This document shows, in pieces, positions 1 to 7,845 of a DNA stretch of 17,229 nucleotides. Origin of the DNA: a virus (Duplodnaviria; Heunggongvirae; Uroviricota; Caudoviricetes); the IMG/VR virus record IMGVR_UViG_2751185970_000003; one strand, 5' to 3'. Each line of letters opens with the position of its first letter. Position 1 is the stretch's first letter. The position numbers and the translations under genes are program-made. The notes beneath the pieces were generated by a model. It did no database searches, was not told the DNA's origin, and saw only the letters and a program-made list of their open reading frames with translations.

Positions 1-238
1 CATCAATGGTCTTTACAAAGCGGAGGTAATACACCGTAAGAGCTGGAAAAACCGTGCAGAAGTGGAACTGGCCACACTCACGTGGGTGGACTGGTATAAT
101 AATCGACGATTGCTGGAAAGGCTGGGCCACATCCCTCCGGCAGAAGCAGAAAAAGCTTATTATGCTTCCATCGGAAACGATGATCTGGCAGCCTGAGTTC
201 ACAGATAAAACACTCTCCAGGAAACCCGGGGCGGTTCA
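1..238 (+). mobile_element. IS629-like (IS3 family) insertion sequence, right-hand end; element continues upstream of the window
   Basis: The terminal 42 bp (197..238) read on the minus strand are TGAACCGCCCCGGGTTTCCTGGAGAGTGTTTTATCTGTGAAC, which matches the IS629/IS1203 inverted repeat as I remember it, with the TG...CA ends typical of IS3-family elements. The transposase reading frame stops at 194..196, immediately before this repeat. Confidence 0.75.
2..196 (+). CDS. IS3-family transposase OrfB, C-terminal fragment (5' end outside the window)
   Basis: Frame 2 translates to INGLYKAEVIHRKSWKNRAEVELATLTWVDWYNNRRLLERLGHIPPAEAEKAYYASIGNDDLAA followed by TGA at 194..196, a typical IS3-group integrase C-terminus. 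Confidence 0.8.
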   Translation: MNGLYKAEVIHRKSWKNRAEVELATLTWVDWYNNRRLLERLGHIPPAEAEKAYYASIGNDDLAA

Positions 239-773
239 CTCTATTGTTCTTGGTGATAATGACACCGGATTTAAACAGAATGGAGACGGTATTCTGGATG
301 TTTATGCTAATAGTCAGCGTGTATTCCGCTTTCAGAATGGAGTGGCTATTGCTTTTAAAAATATTCAGGCCGGGGATGGTAAAAAATTCACGCTATCCAG
401 CTCCAACAACTCCACAAAGAATGCAACGTTTAATTTATGGGGTGCTTCAACCCGTCCAGTAGTTGCAGAGTTAGGCAATGAGGCAGGATGGCATTTCTAT
501 AGCCAGCGAAATACAGATAACTCGGTAATATTTTCTGTTAACGGTCAGATACAGCCCAGCAACTGGGGGAATTTTGATTCACGCTATGTAAAAGATGTTC
601 GCCTGGGTACGCGTGTTGTTCAATTGATGGCGCGTGGTGGTCGTTATGAAAAAGCCGGACACGCAATTACCGGATTAAGAATCATTGGTGAAGTAGATGG
701 CGATGATGAAGCCATCTTCAGACCAATACAAAAATACATCAATGGCACATGGTATAACGTCGCACAGGTGTAA
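239..773 (+). pseudogene. Tail fibre C-terminal (variable, receptor-binding) fragment, P2 gpH type; 5'-truncated silent inversion cassette (Hv')
   Basis: The translation SIVLGDNDTGFKQNGDGILDVYANSQRVFRFQNGVAIAFKNIQAGDGKKF...[17 protein letters not shown] is nearly identical to the C-terminal ~175 aa of phage P2 gpH as I recall it. It has no start codon; its 5' end abuts the IS629 terminus at 238. The ORF-track entry 54..773 is a read-through across the IS end. Confidence 0.8.
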
Positions 774-776
774 ATT

Positions 777-1305
777 ATGCAGCATATTAAAAAATATTAA
801 GTCCGGAAATCCAAAAACAAAAGAACAATATCAGCTAACAAAGAATTTTGATGTTATCTGGTTATGGTCCGAAGACGGTAAAAACTGGTATGAGGAAGTA
901 AATAACTTTCAGGACGACACCATAAAGATTGTATACGACGAAAATAATATTATTGTTGCCATAACCAAAGATGCCCCAACGCTTAATCCCGAAGGCTTTA
1001 GTGTCGTTGAGATTCCAGATATAACAGCCAATCGTCGTGCCGATGATTCAGGGAAGTGGATGTTTAAGGACGGAACTGTGGTTAAGCGGATTTATACAGC
1101 AGACGAACAGCAACAACAGGCCGAATCACAAAAGGTCGCGTTGCTTTCTGAAGCTGAAAGCGTTATTCAGCCACTGGAACGCGCTGTCAGGCTGAATATG
1201 GCGATGGATGAGGAACGCACACGACTGGAGTCATGGGAACGCTACAGCGTTCTGGTCAGCCGTGTGGATACAGCAAATCCCGAATGGCCACAAAAGCCTG
1301 AGTAA
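777..1305 (+). pseudogene. Tail fibre assembly protein, P2 gpG type (G'), with a +1 frameshift after codon 3
   Basis: From about 787 onward the translation is [37 protein letters not shown]...[10 protein letters not shown], a P2 gpG-like tail fibre assembly protein. The ATG at 777 (atg cag cat) is in frame 0 but the body is in frame +1. An extra A at about 786 creates a stop (tat taa) after 7 codons in the ATG frame. Confidence 0.6.
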
Positions 1306-1310
1306 AAATT

Positions 1311-1330
1311 AAGGCCCAATATCGGGCCTT
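1311..1330. terminator. Bidirectional hairpin terminator between the convergent G' and G genes
   Basis: AAGGCCC-aatatc-GGGCCTT forms a 7-bp stem with a 6-nt loop. On the minus strand it is followed by a T-run (complement of 1305..1309), directly downstream of the minus-strand tfa stop at 1334. Confidence 0.55.
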
Positions 1331-1333
1331 CTC

Positions 1334-1867
1334 TCATTCTGGTTGTTCGGGAAACGTTACTGGCAGGCTGGAGGTGTCTGTAGATTCGACTTTCTGCGCA
1401 TAGAGCATCCACTCGGTTAATTTTTGTTTATTCTCGTCGGAAATGATGCCCAGTCGTAGCTGTGAGTCCCATAGCTGGGTTTTATCCCTGACAAGTTGCA
1501 ACAGGCTTTGCTTTTCATTTTCCGCTTGTTGCCTCTGCTCTTCCTCGGTATAAGTTCGCTTTATCACTACGCCATCTTTGAACAACCATTTCCCCGAAAT
1601 ATCAGCCCGGCGATTTGCTGTAATATCAGGTAATTCAACGACGCTTGCGCCTTCCGGATTAATTGCTGAAACATCCTTTTCAATACAAATAATAACGCCG
1701 TTATGGTAATAGACCATTTTCAAAGTGTCTGGCTGGAAATTCTTTTGTTCCTCATACCAGTTTTTTCCATCATCTGAATAAAGCCATTTGATGTTAAATT
1801 GCTTTGTTAGCTGGTATTGCTCTTTTGTTTTAGGGTTGCCAGCAGTAATGTTTTTTAAGTGCATCAT
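1334..1867 (-). CDS. G: Tail fibre assembly protein (expressed copy)
   Basis: 177 aa, [40 protein letters not shown]...; this is a tail fibre assembly/chaperone family protein. It starts 3 nt after the H stop and the region is AT-rich, as expected for a host-range module. Confidence 0.9.
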   Translation of the reverse strand: MMHLKNITAGNPKTKEQYQLTKQFNIKWLYSDDGKNWYEEQKNFQPDTLKMVYYHNGVIICIEKDVSAINPEGASVVELPDITANRRADISGKWLFKDGVVIKRTYTEEEQRQQAENEKQSLLQLVRDKTQLWDSQLRLGIISDENKQKLTEWMLYAQKVESTDTSSLPVTFPEQPE

Positions 1868-1869
1868 CG

Positions 1870-3855
1870 TTAAATACTCCCCGCGTTATACCACGTCCCA
1901 TTAATGCAATACTGAATTGGCCTTGCCTGTGTTGTATCAATTAATTCATCACGGTTTCCGTTAACTGAACCCGTAACGACATAACCTGACCTGTCAGACC
2001 AGCCGGGACCATTCCATGTCTGAACAGATGACAGACCGCCAAGGCGAATACCTGTAATAAACCTTGAGTTACATTCTGCCCGCGTATATGCACCAACATC
2101 TCCCGCTGAAGGTTTTCGTGTCGTGGTATAGAAATCTGACCAACCTAATTCAACCCCATAACCATCACGAGCCGACCTGTAGGAAATGCCACCATTTTTA
2201 TAATTCACACGGAATTGTACGGCAGGACAGCTACCAGCATTTATATTAAAGTGAAGAATTAATGCAGATGCACCACCAATCAGGGCGTTATATGCACCAC
2301 TATCCCAATTCCATCCAACGGATGTATCACCATTAACAGTATTACCTGTTTGTCGGAGTGCAAATGCATTGACATTTTTGGCACTAATTGAGATATCGCT
2401 AGAACCATCAAAACCAACTCCAGCAATTTTTCGTGCTGTTTTCAGCTTTGTTGCAGTAGCGGCATTGCCGGACAGTTCCCCAGAAAGGCCACCGCTGAAT
2501 GTTTGTCGATTGGTCCAGGTATTCGCTGTACTGAGTAACGGTATTTTCTCCCCGCTTGTGCCGAGTTCTCGTAAACCGAGGTATTCGATAACGGCAGCAA
2601 CGGTCGATTTCGCAAGAATATCCCGCCCGACTTTTGTCAGGGTTGCCAGGCTGGCGACATCATTCCCCGTAAAATACGGAAACCTGTCTGCCGCAGTAGC
2701 AAGCCCGGCCAGCGCCGTCAGGGTGGCATCTTTCGGTTGCTTACCCGCAAGCGCGTTAGTCATGGTGGTCGCAAAATTCGGGGCGTTTCCCAGCGCCGCC
2801 GCTAACTCGTTCAGCGTATTCAGTGCGTCAGGTGACGAATCTACAAGGGCGGCAATCGCAGCCATAACGAAAGCCGTGCTTGCGATTTGGGTATTATTCG
2901 TTCCCTGTCGCGCAGCTGGCGTTGTTGGCGTTCCGGTCAGCGCAGGACTGTTTAAGGGCGCTTTCTTGTTCGTTTCATCCATTACCGCCTTAACCGCTTT
3001 CGATGTCGCGGCCAGTGTTTCAGACGTGCTGTTGGTGGCACTACTGAGCTGGACTATCCCTTTTTGTGCCGTCGTGGCGTCCTGAGCGGTATATTTTGCG
3101 TTAGCAAGGTCATACGCGGCCTTTACTGCTTTCGGCGTTGCAGCCTGCGTTTCAGACGTGCTGTTGGTGGCGCTACTGAGCTGGACAAGGCCTTTTCGCG
3201 TCGTGCTGGCATCCTGCGCAGTATATTTACCGTTAGCAAGATCATACGCGGCCTTTACTGCTTTCGGTGTTGCAGCCTGCGTTTCAGACACGCTGTTAGT
3301 GGCGCTACTGAGTTGAACAAAGCCTTTTGCGGTCAGCGAGGCGTCCGGGTGACGTCGTGACTGTTCATGCTCTTTCAGTTTGTCATCCACGTAATCCACT
3401 GTGGCCATCACCATGGTGTTGTCCACGGTAAGCGCCACGGTGGCAGTGCTGGATACGGTCAGAATGGTGCGAAATGTTTGTGCACGACCGGACCCTTCGG
3501 CAACGGCTGGCTTGTAACTTTCGGCAGTATTTCCCACCGCGATTAAATCGCCGTGCTCATCAAATACACCAATTTCCCGGATCCAGAATCCGCCCGTTTC
3601 AGGAGGAATAACCAGCTCCGCAATAATGCGGTTCTGATGTGTTGCGTCCAGGATGACGCGATTAACAGTATGTCGCCACACCTCATGCACCAGACGGGTC
3701 TGCTTACTGTCTGGTGTGGGCAACGTGCCGCCACCGTCGCCCACGGCCATATGAGTCAGGCGGACAGGCTTACCATCTGGCGCGGCTACCTGAGCTAATT
3801 TTTTTGCACCCGTATCGGTGATAATGGTTTTAAATTTTCGTGTTGTGGTACTCAT
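1870..3855 (-). CDS. H: Tail fibre protein (P2 gpH homologue with a divergent C-terminal receptor-binding region)
   Basis: 661 aa. The N-terminal ~430 aa track P2 gpH (HEVWRH..., IAELVIPPE...GGFW, EHEQSRRHPDASLTAKGF, repeated QLSSATNSTSETLAATPKAVKA units, ...AVIEYLGL). The C-terminus after the crossover site is unrelated to the P2-type Hv' cassette at 239..773. Confidence 0.92.
   Translation of the reverse strand: MSTTTRKFKTIITDTGAKKLAQVAAPDGKPVRLTHMAVGDGGGTLPTPDSKQTRLVHEVWRHTVNRVILDATHQNRIIAELVIPPETGGFWIREIGVFDEHGDLIAVGNTAESYKPAVAEGSGRAQTFRTILTVSSTATVALTVDNTMVMATVDYVDDKLKEHEQSRRHPDASLTAKGFVQLSSATNSVSETQAATPKAVKAAYDLANGKYTAQDASTTRKGLVQLSSATNSTSETQAATPKAVKAAYDLANAKYTAQDATTAQKGIVQLSSATNSTSETLAATSKAVKAVMDETNKKAPLNSPALTGTPTTPAARQGTNNTQIASTAFVMAAIAALVDSSPDALNTLNELAAALGNAPNFATTMTNALAGKQPKDATLTALAGLATAADRFPYFTGNDVASLATLTKVGRDILAKSTVAAVIEYLGLRELGTSGEKIPLLSTANTWTNRQTFSGGLSGELSGNAATATKLKTARKIAGVGFDGSSDISISAKNVNAFALRQTGNTVNGDTSVGWNWDSGAYNALIGGASALILHFNINAGSCPAVQFRVNYKNGGISYRSARDGYGVELGWSDFYTTTRKPSAGDVGAYTRAECNSRFITGIRLGGLSSVQTWNGPGWSDRSGYVVTGSVNGNRDELIDTTQARPIQYCINGTWYNAGSI
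2566..2591. other. gix/hix/cix-like 26-bp crossover site for a Din-family serine DNA invertase, inside the tail fibre gene
   Basis: TTCTCGTAAACCGAGGTATTCGATAA matches about 21 of 26 positions of Mu gixL (TTCCTGTAAACCGAGGTTTTGGATAA, from memory). It sits at the constant/variable boundary of H, where the protein reads VIEYLGLRE. Confidence 0.6.
2988..3345. repeat. Tandem 132-bp (44-codon) repeats inside H, about 2.7 copies
   Basis: Units beginning at 3017, 3149 and 3281 are near-identical (gtttcagacgtgctgttggtgg...), with partial units at the flanks. They encode KGFVQLSSATNSxSETQAATPKAVKAAYDLANGKYTAQDAxTT repeated. Confidence 0.85.
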
Positions 3856-3857
3856 GC

Positions 3858-4388
3858 TTAATCGCCTGGATAAATGGTAATAACTTCACCGTCATAAGTT
3901 GCCGCCGCTGCGAAAATATCCCCCGGAATTTCCTGAATGATATTCAGCCCTGTCATGTGGCGGCTGACCGGGCGGGCATCAGCAATCAACCGCTCCATTT
4001 CCAGATACATTTCCTCCGTCACGCCACTGTCCAGCGTGCCGACTTCAACGGTAAATGTTCCCGGTTCTCCGCCGAACTCCCACCACTCAGACACGCGAAT
4101 GAGGTATCCCAGCGGCTCAATGGCCCGGCGCAGTGCGCTGATGGTCCCTTTGTGTCGGTGTATCAGCCATGCATCACGAATAACCTGTCGCTTTGTCTCT
4201 TCCGGCCAGTTGCGATCCCAGCGGTCAACGGAAAACGCCCAGGCGAGATAAGGCAGCAGATGCACCGGGCAGGTGTCCGGCGACCACAGCGTGTTGAGGT
4301 CTACCGGAATGTCTGTAATGCGTGTTCCGACGGCTTCGGCACAACGCATGAAATTGCTGGCTGATGGTGGTAACAACGAATTACTCAT
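3858..4388 (-). CDS. I: Baseplate assembly protein gpI
   Basis: 176 aa from the ATG at 4388 (MSNSLLPPSASNF...WAFSVDRWD...GEVITIYPGD), with a GAAGGTGG ribosome-binding site 5 nt upstream. The ORF-track start at 4421 is an upstream extension overlapping J. Confidence 0.88.
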   Translation of the reverse strand: MSNSLLPPSASNFMRCAEAVGTRITDIPVDLNTLWSPDTCPVHLLPYLAWAFSVDRWDRNWPEETKRQVIRDAWLIHRHKGTISALRRAIEPLGYLIRVSEWWEFGGEPGTFTVEVGTLDSGVTEEMYLEMERLIADARPVSRHMTGLNIIQEIPGDIFAAAATYDGEVITIYPGD

Positions 4389-5276
4389 TGCGTCCACCTT
4401 CGCTGATGGTGAATGACTCACAGCGCGCCGCCTGTATGTCGCTGATGGCCATATTCTGTGTGGGTTCGATTATCTCCACGCGTTGCACACCGTGCACATG
4501 CAGTGCGGCAGCAATGGCGGACAACGCCACGTCCTGACCGATAAGCCCCTGCTCAGCCAGCCACTTCCTGAACGACGATTCAGCCGCGGCCAGAATAGGT
4601 TCGGATTCCGGGCCGGGGTAAAAGTACAGTTTTGCATTCAGCCGCCATGTCACGATTCTGGCACTCTGTACGGTCAGGCGGTCGCCACCGGGCGGGTATC
4701 CTCTGCATTCAGAACGGCGCGAACGGTATTAAGCAACGCCTCCGTTGCTGTGCCGTCGCCCTCAGTGGACAGGATGGAAACCGTCACGTTGGCCGGAGAC
4801 GGGCTGATGGCCCGCGCATCGCGTACCAGACCGCTGGCGCTGCGTGCAAAATACTCGTATGCACCTGACGGGCCAGCAACACTCAGACCGTCATATGCCC
4901 GTTGCGCCCGTAGTCTCAGCGAGGTGTCACTTTCCATCACTGCATCGGTGGTATCCGTTGCCGGAGTGATAACCAGGCGCTTTGTGTTCATATTGCCCGC
5001 GAGGTTGTCCAGGTCTGTCCCGGCGCTGTGGCTTAGCATGCAGGCGCGTGCACCCTCATTGACCCGCTGGCGTAACAGCATTTCACGAAACGACATGGTT
5101 TGAGCGATAACGTTAAGGGGTTCCGATTCCAGCTCCAGCGCGGCGGAAACGGCTTCACGCTGTTCGGCGGGATAGGACGCAATCATCATGGCCTTTGTGT
5201 CAGCCAGAATTGCCTCAAAGTCAGGCTCCGCGATGATGGCGGGTTCCGGTAACTGTGAAAGGTCAACGGCAGGCAT
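4381..5276 (-). pseudogene. J: Baseplate assembly protein gpJ, split by a 1-bp deletion (frameshift near 4683)
   Basis: Two ORFs (4674..5276 and 4381..4653) together cover a P2 gpJ-like protein (MPAVDLSQLPEPAIIAE...TRPVA then, in another frame, GDRLTVQSARIVTWRLNAKLYFYPGPESEP...). The minus strand reads gtggcgaccgcctga where gtggcgGaccgcctg would restore the frame. Confidence 0.7.
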
Positions 5277-5279
5277 GAT

Positions 5280-5630
5280 TTACTCCCTCAGCGTGATGGT
5301 TAATTCAACATTCTGCATGGTCTGCATGACAGTGCCCGACAGCGTCACCCCGGCGCGGCCTCCTGCCTTCCAGACAACGTCGATAGCGTCCAGGGCAATG
5401 CGGGGTTCCCATCGTGTCAGCGCAATCACGGCAGCACTCATGCATTGCAGACGCGTGGTGTTATTCATGGGTTCGTCAATCAAATCAGGCACAAGGCTGC
5501 CATATTCCCGTCGCATAACCCGGCTTGCCAGCGGGGTGGTCAGGATGTCCCTGACTGACTGTTTCAGGTGCTCCATATCGTTCAGGTTTCCCGTTCCGTC
5601 CGGGTTCATTCCTGTGTAGCGGGTTGTCAC
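5280..5630 (-). CDS. W: Baseplate wedge protein gpW
   Basis: 116 aa, MTTRYTGMNPDG...SRVMRREYGSL...; the size and sequence pattern fit P2 gpW. It overlaps the V stop by 4 nt (ATGA). Confidence 0.88.
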   Translation of the reverse strand: MTTRYTGMNPDGTGNLNDMEHLKQSVRDILTTPLASRVMRREYGSLVPDLIDEPMNNTTRLQCMSAAVIALTRWEPRIALDAIDVVWKAGGRAGVTLSGTVMQTMQNVELTITLRE

Positions 5631-6208
5631 TGCGGGCCTCCTGTCGAATCGCTGCCACCTTTAACGCCACCGTGTTTATGCGTATGCACTGTGATGCCGT
5701 TTGAGGTGAAATTGCCGCCGCTGTGCGTGATATTGCCGCTCATCTTTCCCCCTTTTGTGACGTCAAGCGTCGCCGTTCTCAGAAGGTCTGTGCATTCCAC
5801 GACGGGCGTATCCAGTGTCACGCTGACGGATGCCTGCAGGGTGGCTGTTTTCATGCCGCTGGCGCTCAGTGCGCCTGCGTCCGCGTCGTAGCGGAACACC
5901 GCGCCATCCGGCGCGCTGACCACGATTTCTTTCAGGCTTTTGCCGGGGGCCGGAATGGCATCACTCCACAGGCTGCCAATTATCATGGCGGTTTCCGGGT
6001 TGCCGCCAATGCAGGCAATTACCACCTGTTCGCCTGGTGATGGCGGCAGCCACACATTGAAGGCTCCCGCGCGAGAGGTGTTCCAGCGCAGCCAACCTGT
6101 TTCCAGTTCGCCGCTGCGAACGCGCACGCGCCAGGACTTCTCATCAACTTCAGAGATGATCCCGGTGCGGATGATATTGCTCAGTAGCCGCATGAGTTCT
6201 GCGCTCAC
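5627..6208 (-). CDS. V: Baseplate spike protein gpV
   Basis: 193 aa, with the NIIRTGII, GEQVVI and C-terminal SNGITVHTHKHGG motifs characteristic of the P2 gpV spike. Confidence 0.9.
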   Translation of the reverse strand: MSAELMRLLSNIIRTGIISEVDEKSWRVRVRSGELETGWLRWNTSRAGAFNVWLPPSPGEQVVIACIGGNPETAMIIGSLWSDAIPAPGKSLKEIVVSAPDGAVFRYDADAGALSASGMKTATLQASVSVTLDTPVVECTDLLRTATLDVTKGGKMSGNITHSGGNFTSNGITVHTHKHGGVKGGSDSTGGPQ

Positions 6209-6840
6209 CGTACAGCCTCCGCAATCCGGCCCAGCACCGTGTTATAAATCAGACGCTCATCTGCCTGGCTGATACCCAGCAGCTCACGTACCGGGTAATC
6301 GGTGAAAATGCCCGGCGCAACCTGATCGCGCTCACCGAACTGATGAACGCGTGCAATACGTGCGGCCACGCCGCTGTAACCCACCGTCACACCGGAAGCA
6401 TCTGCACGGGCTTTCAGGTAGCGGGCGGTGCGCAGTTTTACGAACATGGGGACGCGCTTTGTGCTGTCCTGGTTGATGCGCCGGGTGCGTATTTCCAGAA
6501 AGCGGTCGATGTCATCCCGGTAAAACGTGCGGATGCTGTTTTTATCCTCATCCCACCCGGTGATGGTTCGCCCGTATTTCCCCGTGTCGTGATGCCAGTT
6601 TTTCAGCGTGCGTGCTTCGTTATTCCAGATAAAGCGAATGCGCTCCTGTATCCGGGTTACGTGGCGTCTGCGTGGTGTCCATGCGGTCCCGTCCGGCGCT
6701 TTCTGTGGCCGGATACGTGCCTGCTGGGCGCGGCGTAAATCCTGTGCCAGCTTTCTGGCGATGTTATTGATGGCCTGCTGATTCAGGCTGTCGCGGATGG
6801 CCTCAAAGGTTTCATCCACGCGAGTGAATGCCTTATCCAT
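6205..6840 (-). CDS. S: Tail completion / virion morphogenesis protein gpS
   Basis: 211 aa from the ATG at 6840, which has a GGGGTGA ribosome-binding site; the ORF track starts at a GTG at 6849. The PDGTAWTPRRR, FVKLRTARYLK and ARIARVHQFG motifs fit the P2 gpS family, and the gene lies between R and V. Confidence 0.8.
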   Translation of the reverse strand: MDKAFTRVDETFEAIRDSLNQQAINNIARKLAQDLRRAQQARIRPQKAPDGTAWTPRRRHVTRIQERIRFIWNNEARTLKNWHHDTGKYGRTITGWDEDKNSIRTFYRDDIDRFLEIRTRRINQDSTKRVPMFVKLRTARYLKARADASGVTVGYSGVAARIARVHQFGERDQVAPGIFTDYPVRELLGISQADERLIYNTVLGRIAEAVR

Positions 6841-7300
6841 CGCTTTCACCCCACGTCACATCCTGGAATACATGCGACCAGTCGCCTTCGGAAGATGGCA
6901 GGCGGGGTTTTGGCTCCAGCAGGTGTTCTGCCTGCGGTGTGCCCTGACTGCTGCGCGTGATGCGAACGCGTTCCCGCAGGGGGAGCGTAAACAGGAGATC
7001 GGCGCTGTCATCGTCATTGATAACGGCGGAAAATTTGATGTCCTGATTACGCTCAGGGTTGAGCAACAACTGTGGCTGATTTTCGGATAACCACGCCAGC
7101 AGCGGCAGCGTGAGGTCGTCCAGCTCCCCGGCGTAATCCATGACAAACATCACCATCTGATAGCGGTAAACAAACGATGGGGTTTCTCCGGTCGTTTCAA
7201 TGTTGCCGCTCTCCACGAAAATGGTGAATTTTTCCGGGTTAGCCTGACACCATCGGCATGAACGGGTCATGGCTTCACGCAGGGAATCAGTTTTCAGCAT
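6833..7300 (-). CDS. R: Tail completion protein gpR
   Basis: 155 aa, MLKTDSLREAMTRS...LLAWLSENQP...; same length as P2 gpR with clear N-terminal similarity. Confidence 0.88.
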   Translation of the reverse strand: MLKTDSLREAMTRSCRWCQANPEKFTIFVESGNIETTGETPSFVYRYQMVMFVMDYAGELDDLTLPLLAWLSENQPQLLLNPERNQDIKFSAVINDDDSADLLFTLPLRERVRITRSSQGTPQAEHLLEPKPRLPSSEGDWSHVFQDVTWGESDG

Positions 7301-7577
7301 GGTTGTTATCCTCGTTGTTCAGTCGTTGCAGCCTGCGCTGTTCCAGTAATTCAATGGCCCGTTTATCCGCGTTACAGGTTTCCAGTGCATCCAGAAGGCG
7401 GTCGCCCCATATACCGAGATTTCCCCATGTGGGAGTGTCAGGGAAGGGGGGAGGCGTTACCGGTATGGTCAGCGTCTGCGGTATAAGCCGGACTGACGGC
7501 GCTGGCAGTGGCGCGTTCTGCGTGCCTGCGCAGCCTGTCAGTAAAACGAGCGTCAGGCAAAGCGTGGGCGCATTCAT
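7287..7577 (-). CDS. lysC: Outer-membrane spanin lipoprotein (Rz1-like, LysC)
   Basis: 96 aa from the ATG at 7577: MNAPTLCLTLVLLTGCAG has a lipobox, followed by a proline-rich stretch (PLPAPSVRLIPQTLTIPVTPPPFPDTP). It begins inside the 3' part of lysB in another frame and extends beyond it. The ORF-track start at 7607 is a GTG. Confidence 0.8.
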   Translation of the reverse strand: MNAPTLCLTLVLLTGCAGTQNAPLPAPSVRLIPQTLTIPVTPPPFPDTPTWGNLGIWGDRLLDALETCNADKRAIELLEQRRLQRLNNEDNNHAEN

Positions 7578-7845
7578 CTTTTGCAATATCGTTGCGTAGC
7601 TGTTCACGTCTTACCTCTCCGTCCTGATTGCGTTGCTGATTTTCCACGCGGAGTTGCGCCAGCACCTGCTGCATATCCTGTACCCCGGCGCTGATGATAT
7701 TCAGGGTGTCGGCGGTACTTTTCAGGGTGCTGGCCTGCGCTTCGTTTCTGGCGTTCTCCCGGCCCAGCGACCACGACAGACGCATGGATGTTCCCCATCC
7801 GGCAGTCAGAAGGAAAGCGACGCCAAGCGTGGGCCAGAGCTTCAT
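7438..7845 (-). CDS. lysB: Inner-membrane spanin (Rz-like, LysB)
   Basis: 135 aa from the ATG at 7845 (MKLWPTLGVAFLLTAGW...), with an N-terminal transmembrane segment followed by a charged coiled-coil. It overlaps the endolysin stop by 4 nt (ATGA). Confidence 0.8.
   Translation of the reverse strand: MKLWPTLGVAFLLTAGWGTSMRLSWSLGRENARNEAQASTLKSTADTLNIISAGVQDMQQVLAQLRVENQQRNQDGEVRREQLRNDIAKDECAHALPDARFTDRLRRHAERATASAVSPAYTADADHTGNASPLP

Noticed and set aside
54-773. The 239-aa ORF in the track, read as a single intact gene.
   Set aside because: It is chimeric. Its first ~60 codons run through the IS629 terminal repeat and the transposase 3' region in another frame, and only 239..773 is tail-fibre sequence. 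It is a truncated cassette, not a gene with a real start.
2369-3360. Plus-strand ORFs of 238 aa and 98 aa (2369..3085 and 3064..3360).
   Set aside because: They are antisense to tail-fibre gene H and coincide with its 132-bp tandem repeats, so the long open frames are a repeat artefact.
4483-6272. Several plus-strand ORFs of 105 to 206 aa across the J, W and V region.
   Set aside because: All are antisense to well-supported baseplate genes and have no start-site context or recognisable motifs.
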